The notes under the pieces: generated by a model
Database searches by the model: none
Seen by the model: the letters and a program-made list of their open reading frames with translations, nothing else
What the model was told of the DNA's origin: nothing
Shown: in pieces, positions 1-13,198 of the stretch
Layout of the letters: each line of letters begins with the position of its first letter
Numbering within the stretch: position 1 is the stretch's first letter
Position numbers and translations under genes: made by a program
Assembly: GCF_006345805.1 (NCBI RefSeq)
Contig: NC_043005.1
Coordinates: 83,576,001 to 83,640,000, forward strand
DNA: 64,000 nt
Source: Octopus sinensis
Lineage: Eukaryota
Direction of reading: 5' to 3'

Positions 1-141
1 ATTATAATATGCCAATTTAGTTAATTTTGTCAAGCTCTCTTTTCAGTTTGTAAGATAGAAATTTAAATGTAATAAAATGTTTTAAAAGAAATTTGAAGTG
101 CCTACGTGGTAACTGTAAACCTACTTTTGGGCGACCCTGTA
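1..141. mobile_element. Terminus of a Tc1-like element or MITE
   Basis: Ends in CCTACTTTTGGGCGACCCTGTA, the reverse complement of a TACAGGGT-type TIR; other end outside the window. Confidence 0.45.
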
Positions 142-1167
142 GTATTCTTAATTTTTTCAGATGTATCAAGTAACTTCTTAGTTAGCTGATCTTTAATGAA
201 GCTCTTGCTAGTACCTATGTAGAAATACACCTGTTCTGCTGTACAGTTTCTTTAATTTAGCAGTTTGATTTTAGTGGGCATAATTTATTTATTTCTTGCG
301 CAATTACATCTCTTATCTCTAACTCTACTTTGTTTATCTCCTTTTCTACTTGATTATTTATATGGATGATCCAAGGCTATGGACAAAGACACTTGCTCAA
401 TATATATATATCATCATCATCATCATTTAATGTCCGTTTTCCATGCTAGCATGGGTTTGACGGTTCAACCGGGGTCTGGGAAGCCAGGAGGCTGCACCAG
501 GCTCCAGTCAGATCTGGCAGTGTTTCTACAGCTGGATGCCCTTCCTAACGCCAACCACTCCGCGAGTGTAGTGGGTGCTTTTTACGTGCCAGGGGAGGCT
601 GGCAATGGCCATGATCGGTTGGTGTTTTTTACGTGCCACCGGCATGGAAGCCAGTCAAGGTGGTGCTGGCATCGACCACGTACAGATGGTGCTTTTTACA
701 TGCCACCAGCACAGGTGCCAGGGGAGGCTGGCAATGGCCATGATATATATATATATATATATATACTGAGCAAATGTCTTTGTCCATTGCCTTGGATCAT
801 CCAAAGCATTGTGAATGAATTTTGATGGATAGAAACAAGTGTGTTGAAACCTGTCAAAAGAACCATTCCTCTTGTTGAGTGTTAAACATAACCCATCATA
901 ACCCATAGTTAAACACTATTATCTGGCCCATTGGTGCCACCAGCAGAGTCATTATACTGTAAGCATTTGACTGGTCCCTATTTTACACAAGTAAGGTGGA
1001 AGGAAAACATCAATCTCAATAAAGATTCAAACTCCTCTCTTCCTCACACCGGCCTTAAAAAAAAGGGCAATGCTCGTTATTCTTTTAAAGATGATTGGCT
1101 TTGCCCATCCTTATTCTAATTAAGTAGTTATAGAAAAAAAAAAGAAAATATACTGAAATATACTCAC

Positions 1168-1368
1168 AGAATTTTGTGACCCTTCAAAAAATTCTGCATC
1201 CGATATTGGATCACTGAGATAAGATCTTACAATGTTGGCTTTCAATCCCTTGGGTGGTTCGTTGGTCATTTTGACACCATTTTGTAAGATAGAAACAGGG
1301 AATGTCGTTGAGGGATAACTGGTTAACCATAATCGGAAGTCTGGATGAGTCCGCTCGGGATGAAAATC
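1168..1368 (-). CDS. DNAH7: Exon 27 ([13 protein letters not shown]...[18 protein letters not shown])
   Basis: Manual translation. tcag acceptor, GTGAG donor, 201 nt, phase 0-0; gene continues beyond position 1. Confidence 0.94.
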
Positions 1369-1895
1369 CTGAGAAACATTTCAAAAGATATAAATCATTG
1401 ATGAGTTAGAATTCTTCAAAGGGAAGTTGATTTAACTGGGACATAATATATTTCTTTGTGAGTGGAATCTGGCACACAGGATCTGTGGATACCTTTTGCA
1501 TGTGAATAGGTATTGTGTTTTTGTGTGGAGAAGTTTTGACACATATCAGCAGATGATGTATAAACACTGGGGTAGAACCAACACAAAGTCCACTGAGTAT
1601 AGAAACTCTCTTATCACTTCCACTGTCAGAAATGTAGAGAGCCAGAGACCTGTTAACAAGATACTATTTTTTTTTTCTTTTAAAGTTTCAGCTCAGAGCT
1701 GCTGCCATGCTGATGCACTGCCATTGACAAATTGTGATATATTTTATATTACAATTTAGCTCTTTCCCTTTTACAGTTTGAATTCAAATCCAATCAGCTT
1801 TCACACATCACACTTTTTTTTTTTTGTTGATTTAATTACACTTTAGAAATGTTGATTGAAGGTTGAGTGCTACTGAGTGGAAGGGAAAGAGAGAA

Positions 1896-2357
1896 TTAAC
1901 CCTTTCGTTACCATATTTTTGCTTTTCTTTCAATTGATTTTGAAAATAATAAAGGATTTAGTACAACAACTTTTTCATTATTAAGCCAGTGTTTGGAACA
2001 TAGGTTAACAGGAAATTTTGAAGGAAGGTTTTAATTTAGATAATTTTAAAACGAGAAGTTTCTATCTATTTCTTTATTGCCCACAAGGGACTAAACACAG
2101 AGGGGACAAACAAGGACAGACAAGGGGTTTTATGTTGATTATATCGATCCCAGTGATTAACTGGCACTTATTTAATCGACCCCGAAAGGATGAAAGGCAA
2201 AGTTGACCTCGGTAGAATTTGAACTCAGAACGTAACAGCAGATGAAATACCGCTAGGCATTTCGCCTGGCATGCTAAAGTTTCTGCCAGCTTCCCGGGAG
2301 AAGTCTGTATCATACAGCTAAGAGTGGTCTCAAATAGGTTGGTTTCAAAAGGGTTAA
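1896..2357. mobile_element. piggyBac-like MITE (TTAA-CCCTTT...AAAGGG-TTAA) with a nested SINE
   Basis: TTAA at both ends with CCCTTT TIR; related decayed copies near 10700-10920, 27045-27275, 42500-42780 and 55500-55710. Confidence 0.7.
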
Positions 2358-2602
2358 AACTTGAGTTAAAAGAAATAATAAGGGCTAAGCATTGTCAAAC
2401 AAAACACTGAACTCAGAAACTAGTGACTTAATAAAAATATTGTTTTTATGATTCATTTTCAATGCTACATCTCACACCAATTACCACATTCTTGACCCTC
2501 CTGCCCGACAACACACACCTGACTGTCTACATCACCCATTTACTGCAATCCTACTAACTTGTCTGTTTATAGTTGGAAATATTTCAATCAATTTAAACAT
2601 AC

Positions 2603-2764
2603 TTCACAGATTCTCTCTAAAGTCGGCATCCAAGATGAAGCTAAATGGCAATTCTGTAGCAGTACCCAACAGCCTTCTTTAACAGCATTTTTAATCATCT
2701 TCAGGGCAATAGGTCCTTGACCTTGTCCTAAAGACAGTGAATCAAATTTGGAACCACCAAAACC
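2603..2764 (-). CDS. DNAH7: Exon 26 ([10 protein letters not shown]...[14 protein letters not shown])
   Basis: Manual translation. gtag acceptor, GTATG donor, 162 nt, phase 0-0. Confidence 0.94.
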
Positions 2765-2981
2765 CTACAATGAAAAAAAAAATACATAAATATAGAACAT
2801 GTAAAAGGCATTTTTTAACACTTGTAACCGTAATGTCTTTGTTCCAATGAATTTTGAAAAAAACAAGGAATTTAGTAAAATAACTTAGTCGTTATTAAGC
2901 TGTAATCGGGAAGTTTGTATCATAGAAACAAGGGAGGGAAAGGTGGATGGACAGATGGATATATACATACATACATACATT

Positions 2982-3013
<32 letters not shown>

Positions 3014-3730
3014 TACACACCAAATATATGTATGTCATTGTCATCATTTAACATCCATATTCCATACTGGTATGGACTGGATGGTATGACAGGATCCAAC
3101 AAGCTGGAGGGGTGTATTGAACTCCTATATCTACTTTAGCTTGGTTTCTATAGCTGGATGCCCTTCCCAATGTCAACTATTTTACAGAATGTATTGGTGC
3201 ATTTTTGTGGAACCAGTGTAAGTGAGGTTGTCAAGTAACTCATAAGACAAAGAGTTGAGAGGCTAAAGTATAATACAAGCTCAGGGAAAGGCATCTTGCT
3301 GTAGAGGAGATACAGGGCTACCCTGTATTACATAAGAGAAACACTATTGATAGTTCCAAGGCCTCCAAAACTGGTGGAAGACAGAGACAGAAACCATGAA
3401 TTATGGGTTGTCTTTAGACCAGAAAGTCGGTCCAAATGCCAACAACAGAGAGGATTCTTATAAAGGCACACAATAGTCAAATGGTACCATCTGGCAATTA
3501 AACCTGAACTATCAATCTTTCCATCTGAGGGTTGATATTTTAACTACGAGGTTTATTGAAAAACAATCTCAGCTTATTTTGCAATCACAGAACTATTTAA
3601 TTTTACAGTCATTTGTTCTTTTTTATGGTTAAATGGAAATAATTGTTGCATGTTTAATCTTAGATTAGACATTTTTTTTTTAATGTTACAATACCTTTTT
3701 CCCTAAATTATGAAAAACAAAAGAACTCAC

Positions 3731-3907
3731 CTGATCATCAGCAAACTTCAATAGCGCTGCCATAGGATCAGCTCCAGGGGACAAAATAAAAAGTAAGGGA
3801 GAACAGCAATTACTATCATTGAAAGAATTTGGAAGATCAAATGGAGGTGGTTCAATGTATTTCTTGCCAAGTTTCAAAGTAACAAAGTCTTGTACAGCAG
3901 GAATCAT
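3731..3907 (-). CDS. DNAH7: Exon 25 (IEPPPFDL...[12 protein letters not shown]; AAA6)
   Basis: ttcag acceptor, GTGAG donor, 177 nt, phase 0-0. Confidence 0.95.
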
Positions 3908-5391
3908 CTGAAAAGTAAAACCAGAAATACTTCAACTATGAAATGAAAATGATTCACAATCAAAGACATTCCATCCATGACTATCTATCTTTATTAGGGA
4001 TATGAAGAATTACATTAGCCAATATGTCCTTTCTCTTATTCATGACGATAAGGTGTGATTTGAGAGAGATTTACCTGCTGTTTTTACCAGATTCAGCAAC
4101 CATGTAAAGGCTCCCACATTGGCTTGACTCACCCTAGGTAATCTTTGGTGGTTGCCCGATGACTTATTGGGTTACAGGACTTACCATCAATATAGTTATC
4201 TAAGAGAATTGGTTTCAAAACTAGGTTAAGGAAGCAGGCTCATTGGGATTTTATCATTTCCTCTATGACCAAAATTAACTTTATTAAACAATTAGCAGAA
4301 TCATTAGAGCATTGGAGAAACTGCTTCACAGCATTTGTTCTGAGTCTCTACACATTGAGTTCAAATCCTGCTGAGGTCAACTTTGCCCTTTATCATTCCA
4401 TAATTGATAAATAAAAATGTGGCAATCCAAAGTGGAGCTATTAGAACATCAGACCAGATGCCTTGTGGTAATTGATCCATCTCTCAGCAATCTGATTTCA
4501 AATCTCACTGGGATCAACTTCCCCTTTCATCCTTTGATAAAAAGGGGTTGATAAAAAATAAGCACCAATCCAAAGGAATTGAGTGGAAGAATTATAAGAA
4601 CATTAGAACAGATGCCTTGTGGTATTTGTTCCAGCTCTTTATTTTCTGAGTTCAAATGTCACCATGACCTACTTGGGGAGTAGACTTAATCCATCACCCT
4701 GTTTAACACCATCACTTAACATCTTAGGTGTCTGTAGCAGAGTCTATTCAGTTGGAAGCATTTAGGCCAGGTTTCTGCTTTGATGATACTTTCCACCCTC
4801 TTCTCACTACCCTTGGAGGTCCTGTAATGGGTCATGGAACACTACCCTGCCTCCTCATAAAGAGATTAAAAAACATCTTGGGACAGCAAAGAACAACTAC
4901 AAATAGTTTATAAGGATATTCCTTAAAATTGGTAGACATAAAAAGGAATGGAAACAAAAACATCATTGTCATCGTTTAACATCCGTCTTCCATGCTGGCA
5001 TAGGTTGGATGGTTTGAGAGGAGCTGGCTAGCCAGAAAGCTGCACCAGGCCCCAATTGTCTGTTTTGGAATGGTTTCTATGGCAGGAAGCCCTTCCTAGA
5101 GCCAACCAGTTTACAGAGTATACTGGGTGTTTTTTTATGTGGCACCAGCACAGGTGCCTCTTGCATGGCACCAGTACAGGTGCTTATTATGTGGCACCAG
5201 CATGAGTGCTTTTTACATGGCACCAGCCATGTGTGTATTATAGAATGAAGCAGGGACTAATATTTCATGTGGGGGACTTACAAGTATTTCAGAAAGCAAA
5301 TTATCATTCTTCTTGTCAAACAGTCACAAGTTGTTTTACTTTGGACACACTTCAACGTTTAGAAGTAATCTTTAACAAAATGCAAACCTAC

Positions 5392-5484
5392 CTTGTCAGG
5401 TCTAAGACATCGTAGAACTAACATTTTCTGAAACTCCAAAAGTTTTTCATTCCAATCGTTGGGCAAAGGTTCTTTCTGTGGCTC
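5392..5484 (-). CDS. DNAH7: Exon 24 (EPQKEPLP...LRCLRPDK)
   Basis: acag acceptor, GTAGG donor, 93 nt, phase 0-0. Confidence 0.93.
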
Positions 5485-5943
5485 CTGTTTATTGGGAAAT
5501 TGGTGAAAATAAAAATAATAAATTTGGTTTTTGAATGACAATTTCTGCAGTGGTGTTATTGAAAAAGAGAGGAAAATATCAAGTAAAATGCTTATCACTT
5601 CTTTCTGTTTTTTTTTTTTTTGGTTTTTTTTTTTGAAAAGAAAATGTTGGATCTGAAAGGTTTGGTTTTTCACATATGTAGAGCATGCAGAACATGTCAA
5701 GTTTGCCCCTGAAAAGTCCTTTTCTAGATATTTTTTATAGTTGGAAATTGTAGATATATAAGGATCAAGTGATGTGGAATGTCTCAGAAAGAATCAAGGC
5801 TTGTATTGAAGACTCAACTCACCAACAGCTTACTCTTACTATACATCACGGTTATTTTGTATTTTCCACTCCTGCCTTAAATATTTGTATATCATATTAT
5901 ACTCTTATACACACACACACGCATATGCACACACACACACACA

Positions 5944-6437
5944 CTTCTTTCCATGGGACTGTACATTCGATTAAGGTTATCTTCTTTCCCTTCTCAGACC
6001 ACAAAACTATGTCCAGCCTCAGGGTTGCCTGAATGACCTGGGAAAACTGTAACCTTTCCCCGATGTCTACTTTCACATCCCATGGTTGGGCCTCTTGTAG
6101 TAAACTGCTTTGTTCTTTGTGCTGTAGTTAATGGCTTTTCTCCTTCCCTCATAAACGTTTCTGTTGTTGTTTTTCCCAACCTGTCGGTGTTTCTTACGTC
6201 TCTTGCTCCGAGGTATAAGTGCTGTGAGCACCTTGTCACGGTACTGCCTGTAACTCCTTTGGGTATGTGCTATTTTACATCCTGAAAAGTTGCATACCAG
6301 GGTTCCCCTCCCTCCAACTAAGCCTACACAGCTGGTTCTTTTGCATACCCCATTTGTGCAGGTTTGTTAGCATTGGAAGTTATCATACACTGTTTGGTGG
6401 AATTTTGGTTTCTGCAGCCCATATAACTCCTCAGGAC
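5944..6437 (-). mobile_element. Decayed HERO-like RLE non-LTR retrotransposon fragment
   Basis: Manual translation: VYD*LPMLTNLHKWG..LCRL..GTL..SGCK..Y...DKVL (degenerate zinc knuckle) and WDVKVDIG..ATLRLDIVLWSEKGKKITLIECTVPW (RPD..ELTVPW-type RLE motif). Confidence 0.75.
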
Positions 6438-7052
6438 CTTTTTTGTTTTTTTTTGGAATTTTCAGAAAATTTTTATGAATTTGTGTTCTACACATGGGAA
6501 TTCATACAATTATACAAAAAATTTGTGTGTGTGTGTGTGTGTGCATTAAGAGTAATTTAGCTGTTATTTTTAGCACATTTCACAACCATCTGATACCTTG
6601 CTTGTTTCTTTATTACTCTGGCATGTATTGATATATTTCAACGTTTTTCTTCTCGTAAACACATTTAATAGAATGATGATGCACCCAAGGGTGCACCATT
6701 GTTGGGATTTAAGCAAAAAATTTGTACTGTCTGTATTTTAAACTCTCATTTAAAAGAAAAATTCAAAAAAGAGTGGAACTTTTAGAATTTATAAGGTGGG
6801 TGGGAGAAGGATAAAAGGTTTTTTTAAATATTTCTTTTTTTTTTTTTCAAAAGTGTGAATTCTTATGTGTAAAATATCAATTCACAAAAAATTTTCAGAA
6901 AATTCCCCAAAATAAAAAGGTTATGGGGGGAGTTTATATGGGGTGCTTAAACTGGAATTCCACCCACTACTCCACAGTAGGAAGGACACACACACAAGCA
7001 AACAGACAGATATAGCAATTATGTATACACAGCAAATAAATGGTAAACTTAC

Positions 7053-7298
7053 AAGACTATCATAGATGACCTTCCATGAGTCAGAATCCTTGGAAAACTT
7101 TAGTCGAATATTGCGGAAATGACTAAGTTCATCTAGTCGACAGATTTCATCCCATGACTGTGGTGGTAGCCAATCAGTTGGGTTGACATTTGGATTTTCT
7201 AAACCAATTCCTCCAGTTAATAAGAACCGATACTCCTCTTCATTAACTTCCTTTTTATGCTTTAAAATATTGGTACACAGCAAAAACGAGAACAGCAG
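7053..7298 (-). CDS. DNAH7: Exon 23 (LLFSFLL...RFLLTGG...WKVIYDS)
   Basis: ttcag acceptor, GTAAG donor, 246 nt, phase 0-0. Confidence 0.95.
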
Positions 7299-7859
7299 CT
7301 GAAAGAAATAATATAAAATAGCAGATGTTTCAGAAGTAACAGAACAACAAAAAAATACAGCAGCAATTAACATGTCAATTCTTTAATGAAAAATTTAGAA
7401 GATACAGTATTATTCAAATTATATGAGATGTCCTAATAACTGGACATTATAGGATAGAATTGGTAAATTATCAAACAAAATACTTGATGGTATATAGTAA
7501 AAGCCCTTCATATTCTGAGTTCAAATTCCAGCGAGATCTCCTTAGTATTTTGTCTTTATAAGGTCAGTGAAGTAAATTGTAAAACTGTAAAGATTGTAAA
7601 ACTTAATAGATTCACTGTTTCTTAGAAGTAGGACTCTCTGTCTTACCATAGAACAAAGTAGTAACATTTAAAATACTAGATCATCATCATCATCATCATC
7701 ATCGTTTAACGTCTGTTTTCCATGCTGGCATGGGTTGGACAGTTTGACTGAGATCTGGAACATCAGTGGCTGCACCAGGCTCCAATTTAATCGGGCAATG
7801 TTTCTACAGCTGGATACCCTTTCTAATGCCAACCACTCTGAGTTTTAATGTTCTAGCTC

Positions 7860-8612
7860 ACTTTTGCTGCTTACAGCAGTGCTTGGAAGGAAGGTGTGTA
7901 GTGTGTGATCATCGCATTGACCATGACAGAGAAAGCTGAGCAGAGATTCTGCCTCAAATTTTGGCAAATGCTTGGTGACACCTGCTCAGAAGCCAACACA
8001 AAATTTTCAAAATGTTTCTATCGTTCTCAACACAATCAAGGAGATCTTGTGCAACTAAAACCCAAGTGTCTTTTTGGTCAGCTGAAAGCAGTTTTGGCAC
8101 AAACTTGGCAGACTTGCATGTCTCATATCCAAATCTTCAATGATAATGGACTGAACTGAATTGTAACTAATCTGCACATCCTCTGATAACTCATGGATGG
8201 TAATTTGATGATTTCCCTCCACAGCTGCACACATATCTGCAATGTTTTTCTCAATTTGGCTGGTTGCAGGTCTCCCAGAACATTCATCAAAATTGACATT
8301 TTTTCGGCCATCTTGAAATGTCTGAACCACTCATACATTTGTGCGCAGCTCTTACACTCCTCTCCATACAGGTTCTGCAACTTTGTGTAATGCCTGTGAC
8401 AACTTTCTTTGTCATGGTCAATGTGACAAGCACATGCTACACACCTTCCTTCCAAGCACTGCTGCAAACACCAGAAGTGAGCTGGAACATCAAAACTTAG
8501 TGCACACACAGCAGCAGAGTTCAAGGTCAATCTTTGCTAAGTGGCTTCACTCTGTATGCTTTAGCTTCATTACTATGGCAACAGTCCAGATATTTATTGA
8601 TCAGACCTCGTA
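7860..8612. mobile_element. Two convergent mariner 5' fragments
   Basis: Plus fragment MTEKAEQRFCLKF. Minus fragment WFRHF/DECSGRP, ending in TIR TACGAGGTCTGATCAATAAAT at 8612. Both share the leader GCAGTGCTTGGAAGGAAGGTGTGTAG in opposite orientation. Confidence 0.8.
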
Positions 8613-10185
8613 AATAGCTGCAACTACAGGAATATAGTTTGATATGTAGACAGTGCACATGTGGCTGAGAGGGTGAACAGCTTTCCCTCTAACCATATCG
8701 TTTTAGGTTAAGTCCTGCTGCAGAGTGTACCTTGGGTAAATGTTTTCTGCTATAGCCCCAGGTTGACCAATGCCTTCTGAGTGGATTTGGTAGGCAGAAA
8801 CTGAAAGAAGACTATTGTACAGGCAGTCACACACACACACACACATATATGTATCTCTTTTATCTTTTATCTTTCACTTGTTTCAGTCATTAGACTGTGG
8901 CCATGCTGGGGCACCACGCTCAAGAAATTTTAGTCAAAAGAATTGACCCCAGACTTATTTTCTTTTAAAGCCTGGTACTTATTCTATCAGTCGCTTATGC
9001 TGAACCGCTAAGTTATGGAGCCATAAACACACCAGCATCGGTTGTCAAGCGATAATGGAGGACAAACACACACACATACGATGGGCTTTTTCCAGTTCCT
9101 GTCCACTAAATCCACTCCCAAGGCTTTGGTCAGCCTGAGGCTATAGTAGAAGACAATTGCCCACGGTGCCATGTAATGGGTCTGAACCCAGAGCCATGTG
9201 GTTGTGAAGCAAGTTTCTTACCACACAGCCATGCCTGCTCCTATATGTGTGTATATGTATGTGTGTATGTGAGCATGCATGCACATATTTGTGTGTGTGT
9301 GTGTGTGCATGTGTGCATTTGTTTATATCTGCAATCACTTGTACGAATGTGCAGAAGGCAGAGTTGTCATCAGTTTGTCCCCTTATCAAGCTATCCAAGC
9401 ACTTTGTGCCTTTGAAGCTGTGTGGAATACTTGATCCCTTAGTTGAAAAACAGGTAAGGGCTATTGTCAATAAGGGTAGGCAACATCTAACAATATAATT
9501 GTCCAACCCATGTCTGACTTAGCTCTCCATTGGTTATGACAAACGTTCCAGTTGATCCGATCAATGGAACAGCCTGCTCATGAAATCAACATGCAAGTGG
9601 CTGAGTACTCCACAGACACATGTACTGCTAATGTAATTCTCATGGAGATTCAGAGGAACACAGAGTGTGACAAGGCTGGCCCTTTCAATTACAGGTACGA
9701 CTAATTTTTGCCAGCTGAGTGGACTGGAGCAACAAGAAATAAAGTGTCTTGCTCAAGGACACAACACACAGCCAGGAATTGAATGCAACACTATAACTTC
9801 CTTACATCCGATTTCTTCATTAGCCACAAGGGCCCAAACATAGAGGGGGACAATACAGCCTGATTGGGGTCAGACACACAATGATTATATGACTTTTAAA
9901 ATTTTACCAAAATATAATGAAATCGAATGAGATACAACAAGGATGAAATACAAACATAAAATGAAGCAGAGAAATGGCTTACGCTCCAACCCCACGAGCC
10001 CCATTCTCCTACTGACATCCTCCTTAGGTGAATGTAGCCTCTACCAGGAAGGATATCTGGCAGCAAAACAATGTTTTAAATAATATAATCAAACAACCCA
10101 TGTAAGGATGGAAAAACAAATGTAAAACAAGCAAAAATATACACACCTAAAGTTTAACATATGTTATCTTTAAATTAATACATAC

Positions 10186-10464
10186 CTTGTCTTTTTCAAA
10201 CAGAGACCGACAAATATTTACATAGAGAGAATAAGTGAAATGTGTATGCAGGTTCATCAGTCGTATCGAGAGATTTTCGGATTGCTCAGCATTTTCAATT
10301 GACAAAAGGAATAGATTTATAAACCAGGTCAACGAATATTGGTACATAGGTTCAATATTAGCTAAGTCAGCAATAGAGAAAAATAAAATAGTCGAATGAA
10401 CAGAGATTTCTTCATAGCTACTACGAGCGATGTCTAATTTTTTCTCAGTTTCTTCAGCAATTGC
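10186..10464 (-). CDS. DNAH7: Exon 22 (IEPMYQYSLTWF...NICRSLFEKDK)
   Basis: ccag acceptor, GTATG donor, 279 nt, phase 0-0. Confidence 0.95.
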
Positions 10465-11972
10465 CTGGATGAAGATAAAAGAAAATACAAGTAAAATAAT
10501 GAAAAAAATATGAGAAAAGCCAAACACAAGGGAAAACAAATTTAATTAAATAGAATATTTTAATATGTTTTATTAGAAAAAAGAAGGAAGTTTACAGATG
10601 AAGAGATACAAAAGACATGACGAAATATCTTAAAGCTTTAATCTGGTCCCATTAGGTAGAGGTTTGAAACATGCTGGAATTGACTTCAATTCCTTCAATA
10701 TGAACACACCTGAGACCACCTGGAGTTCTCTGATATTACTTTCAGATTTAATATGATCTAAATGAAAACCTTCCGTCAAAATTTCAAGCTAATTTATGTT
10801 CCAAAATGTTCCGGTTTAATAAGGGCAAAGCCATTCTACTAAAGTCTTTTATTATTTTCCAAATGAATTGAAAAAAAAAAGAAGTGTATTTCAACAGGAA
10901 AATGACAACCAAAGGGTTATTTTTCATCCTTCTGAGATCAATGAAATAAATACCTATTTCTTTACTACCCACAAGGAGCTAAACACAGAGGGGACAAACG
11001 AGGACAGACAAATGGATTAAGTCGATTACATCGACCCCAGTGTGTAACTGGTACTTAATTTATCGACCCCGAAAGGATGAAAGGCAAAGTTGACCTTGGA
11101 GGAATTTGAACTCAGAATGTAATGGCAGACAAAATACAGCTATGCATTTCGTCCGGCGTGCTAACATTTCTGCCAGCTTGCTGCCTTAATGAAATAAATA
11201 CCAGTAATATATTGAGTAAGGCAGTGAATTGGCAGGTGTCTTGCTGTAAGGGAGGTAAATGGTTACCCAGCCAGAGAGAGAGAGAGAGAGAGAGATGAAG
11301 AATGAGGCCAAAAACAGGTGTGTTGCTGTAAAGGAGATACATGGCTACCCAGCCTGAGGGAAGAGCAGGAGAAGGAGAGACAGAGTGGGGGACAGCAAGA
11401 GTGCAAGAAAGAGCAGGAGAGAGATGGTGGCAAAATGCCGGGCATACTCACAAGGGATGGGGATCAGATTATAAATGGGATGGTTGAGTAAAAGAAGAGA
11501 CAGAGATGTTGGTAAGTGCCAGGGCATATTCTTGAGGTACAGAGGTCATAATAGAAGTGGTAGGGCAAGGCCAAAGAAGCAGGAGTAGAGAATGGGTGAG
11601 GGAGAAATGCAGTGAGTGGTGAAAACCTGGGTATATAGAGGGGGCCATGGAAACATTCTCAGTCATAGGGAAATATTACCTTGCTTGGAAAGAGGTAAGG
11701 GTTAGCAACAAGAAGGGCACCTGGTCTCCTAGAAATTCAGTCTCAACAAATTCTGTCTGACCCATGCAAACAAGGAAAAGTGGGTATTAAAACAATGATG
11801 ATGATGAGATACACACACATGCACAAGCATACATGCATACATACACACACGTGCACACAAACACACATGCATGTGTGCACATGCACACACACGTGCACAC
11901 AATCACATACACACATGCACACAATCACATACACACATGCACACAATCACATACACACATGCACATAGGCAT

Positions 11973-12012
<40 letters not shown>

Positions 12013-12056
12013 CCAAGAAATGTGTGACCAATAAAACTCTTTGTGAATGAACTTAC

Positions 12057-12189
12057 TTGCTTTTCTGATATTTCATCAGCTAAAGCTTTGGAAGAAGAGA
12101 GAACTTTAATAGCAGTTTCATCTTCCAGAATATTTCCTTCAGAAGTTGAGAGGACTTCAAGAATTTTGTCTTCAATTTCCTTAAGTTGC
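12057..12189 (-). CDS. DNAH7: Exon 21 (QLKEIEDKILEVLSTSEGNILEDETAI)
   Basis: acag acceptor, GTAAG donor, 133 nt, phase 2-0. Confidence 0.95.
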
Positions 12190-12692
12190 CTGTACACAAT
12201 TGGAACAAATAAAAAGACAAAACACTAGTCACCTTTAAATTACTTTAGAATAAAAATTTCATTAAGCAGCCTCATTACAAAAAAATTAATTTTGTTATTG
12301 ATAAAGAAGATCCTGATAATAACGATGATATTGATGGTGGTGGTGTTATATTGCTCTAATTTAATTCTATGTTCTGACTAATTATCGAACTAAGTTTAGT
12401 GACTCTGCTTTATTTCATGCGCTCACCTTTTAAAGTGAACTTTTGGACTGCCTTCTAATTTGCATAACTGCCTTCTAATTTGCATACTGGTTTGTTTCAT
12501 AAGGGGCATGATACATTTTGCACGTGGATTTTTAAGTTCTGCTTTAATAGCATGCATTTTTGAGTTTATATTGTGTTATATTGTCTCCAAGCTGATAATT
12601 CAGTATTGAAACATAACAATGATGCTGATGATAGTGTTGTTATGTACAATAATTATCAAAAAGACTCTACATGAGTGGTTAACAAATCACCG

Positions 12693-12724
<32 letters not shown>

Positions 12725-12762
12725 TTAATCTGTAAAAACAAAAAATAAAAGACAATCCTGAC

Positions 12763-12896
12763 TTTTTATTCTTGGCTCCTTGCTGAATGAGAGAGTTCTT
12801 CTCCTCTTCCAGTTCAGGTCTTTCTTTGGCCACCACAATTCCTTGCAGCTGGTCTTGCAGCCCTTCTTCAGTGATCATGAAGTTCAATAATGTCAC
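12763..12896 (-). CDS. DNAH7: Exon 20 (VTLLNFMITEEGLQDQL...ERPELEEEK)
   Basis: Manual translation. atag acceptor, weak GTCAG donor, 134 nt, phase 0-2. Confidence 0.92.
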
Positions 12897-12981
12897 CTAT
12901 ATTAGAAAGAAATCGGGTCAAAATGTTAATCATTCATTTTCTAATCATTATTACTAATTTTATAATACCAAGAAACCATGT

Positions 12982-13198
12982 TACAAGGTGGTACAGAAAA
13001 GTTCCTGGCTTTAAGGGTATCGTGAAAGGCCTGGTTGAAGACCCAAAGTTCTGAGTTCTTTTACAGGGTTTAGGAAAACTGAAGGGCTGTTGCAATAAAT
13101 CTGTGAATTTGAGAGGAGAATATGGTGAAGAAAATCATAATTGATCCTCCTGAATTTTCTTTTACCCAAAACCAGGAACCTTTCAGCACCCCTTCATA
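12982..13198. mobile_element. Mariner-type MITE
   Basis: TIR-like ..GAAAAGTTCCTGG / CCAGGAACCTTTC.. with TA ends; second copy at 29371-29591. Confidence 0.7.
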
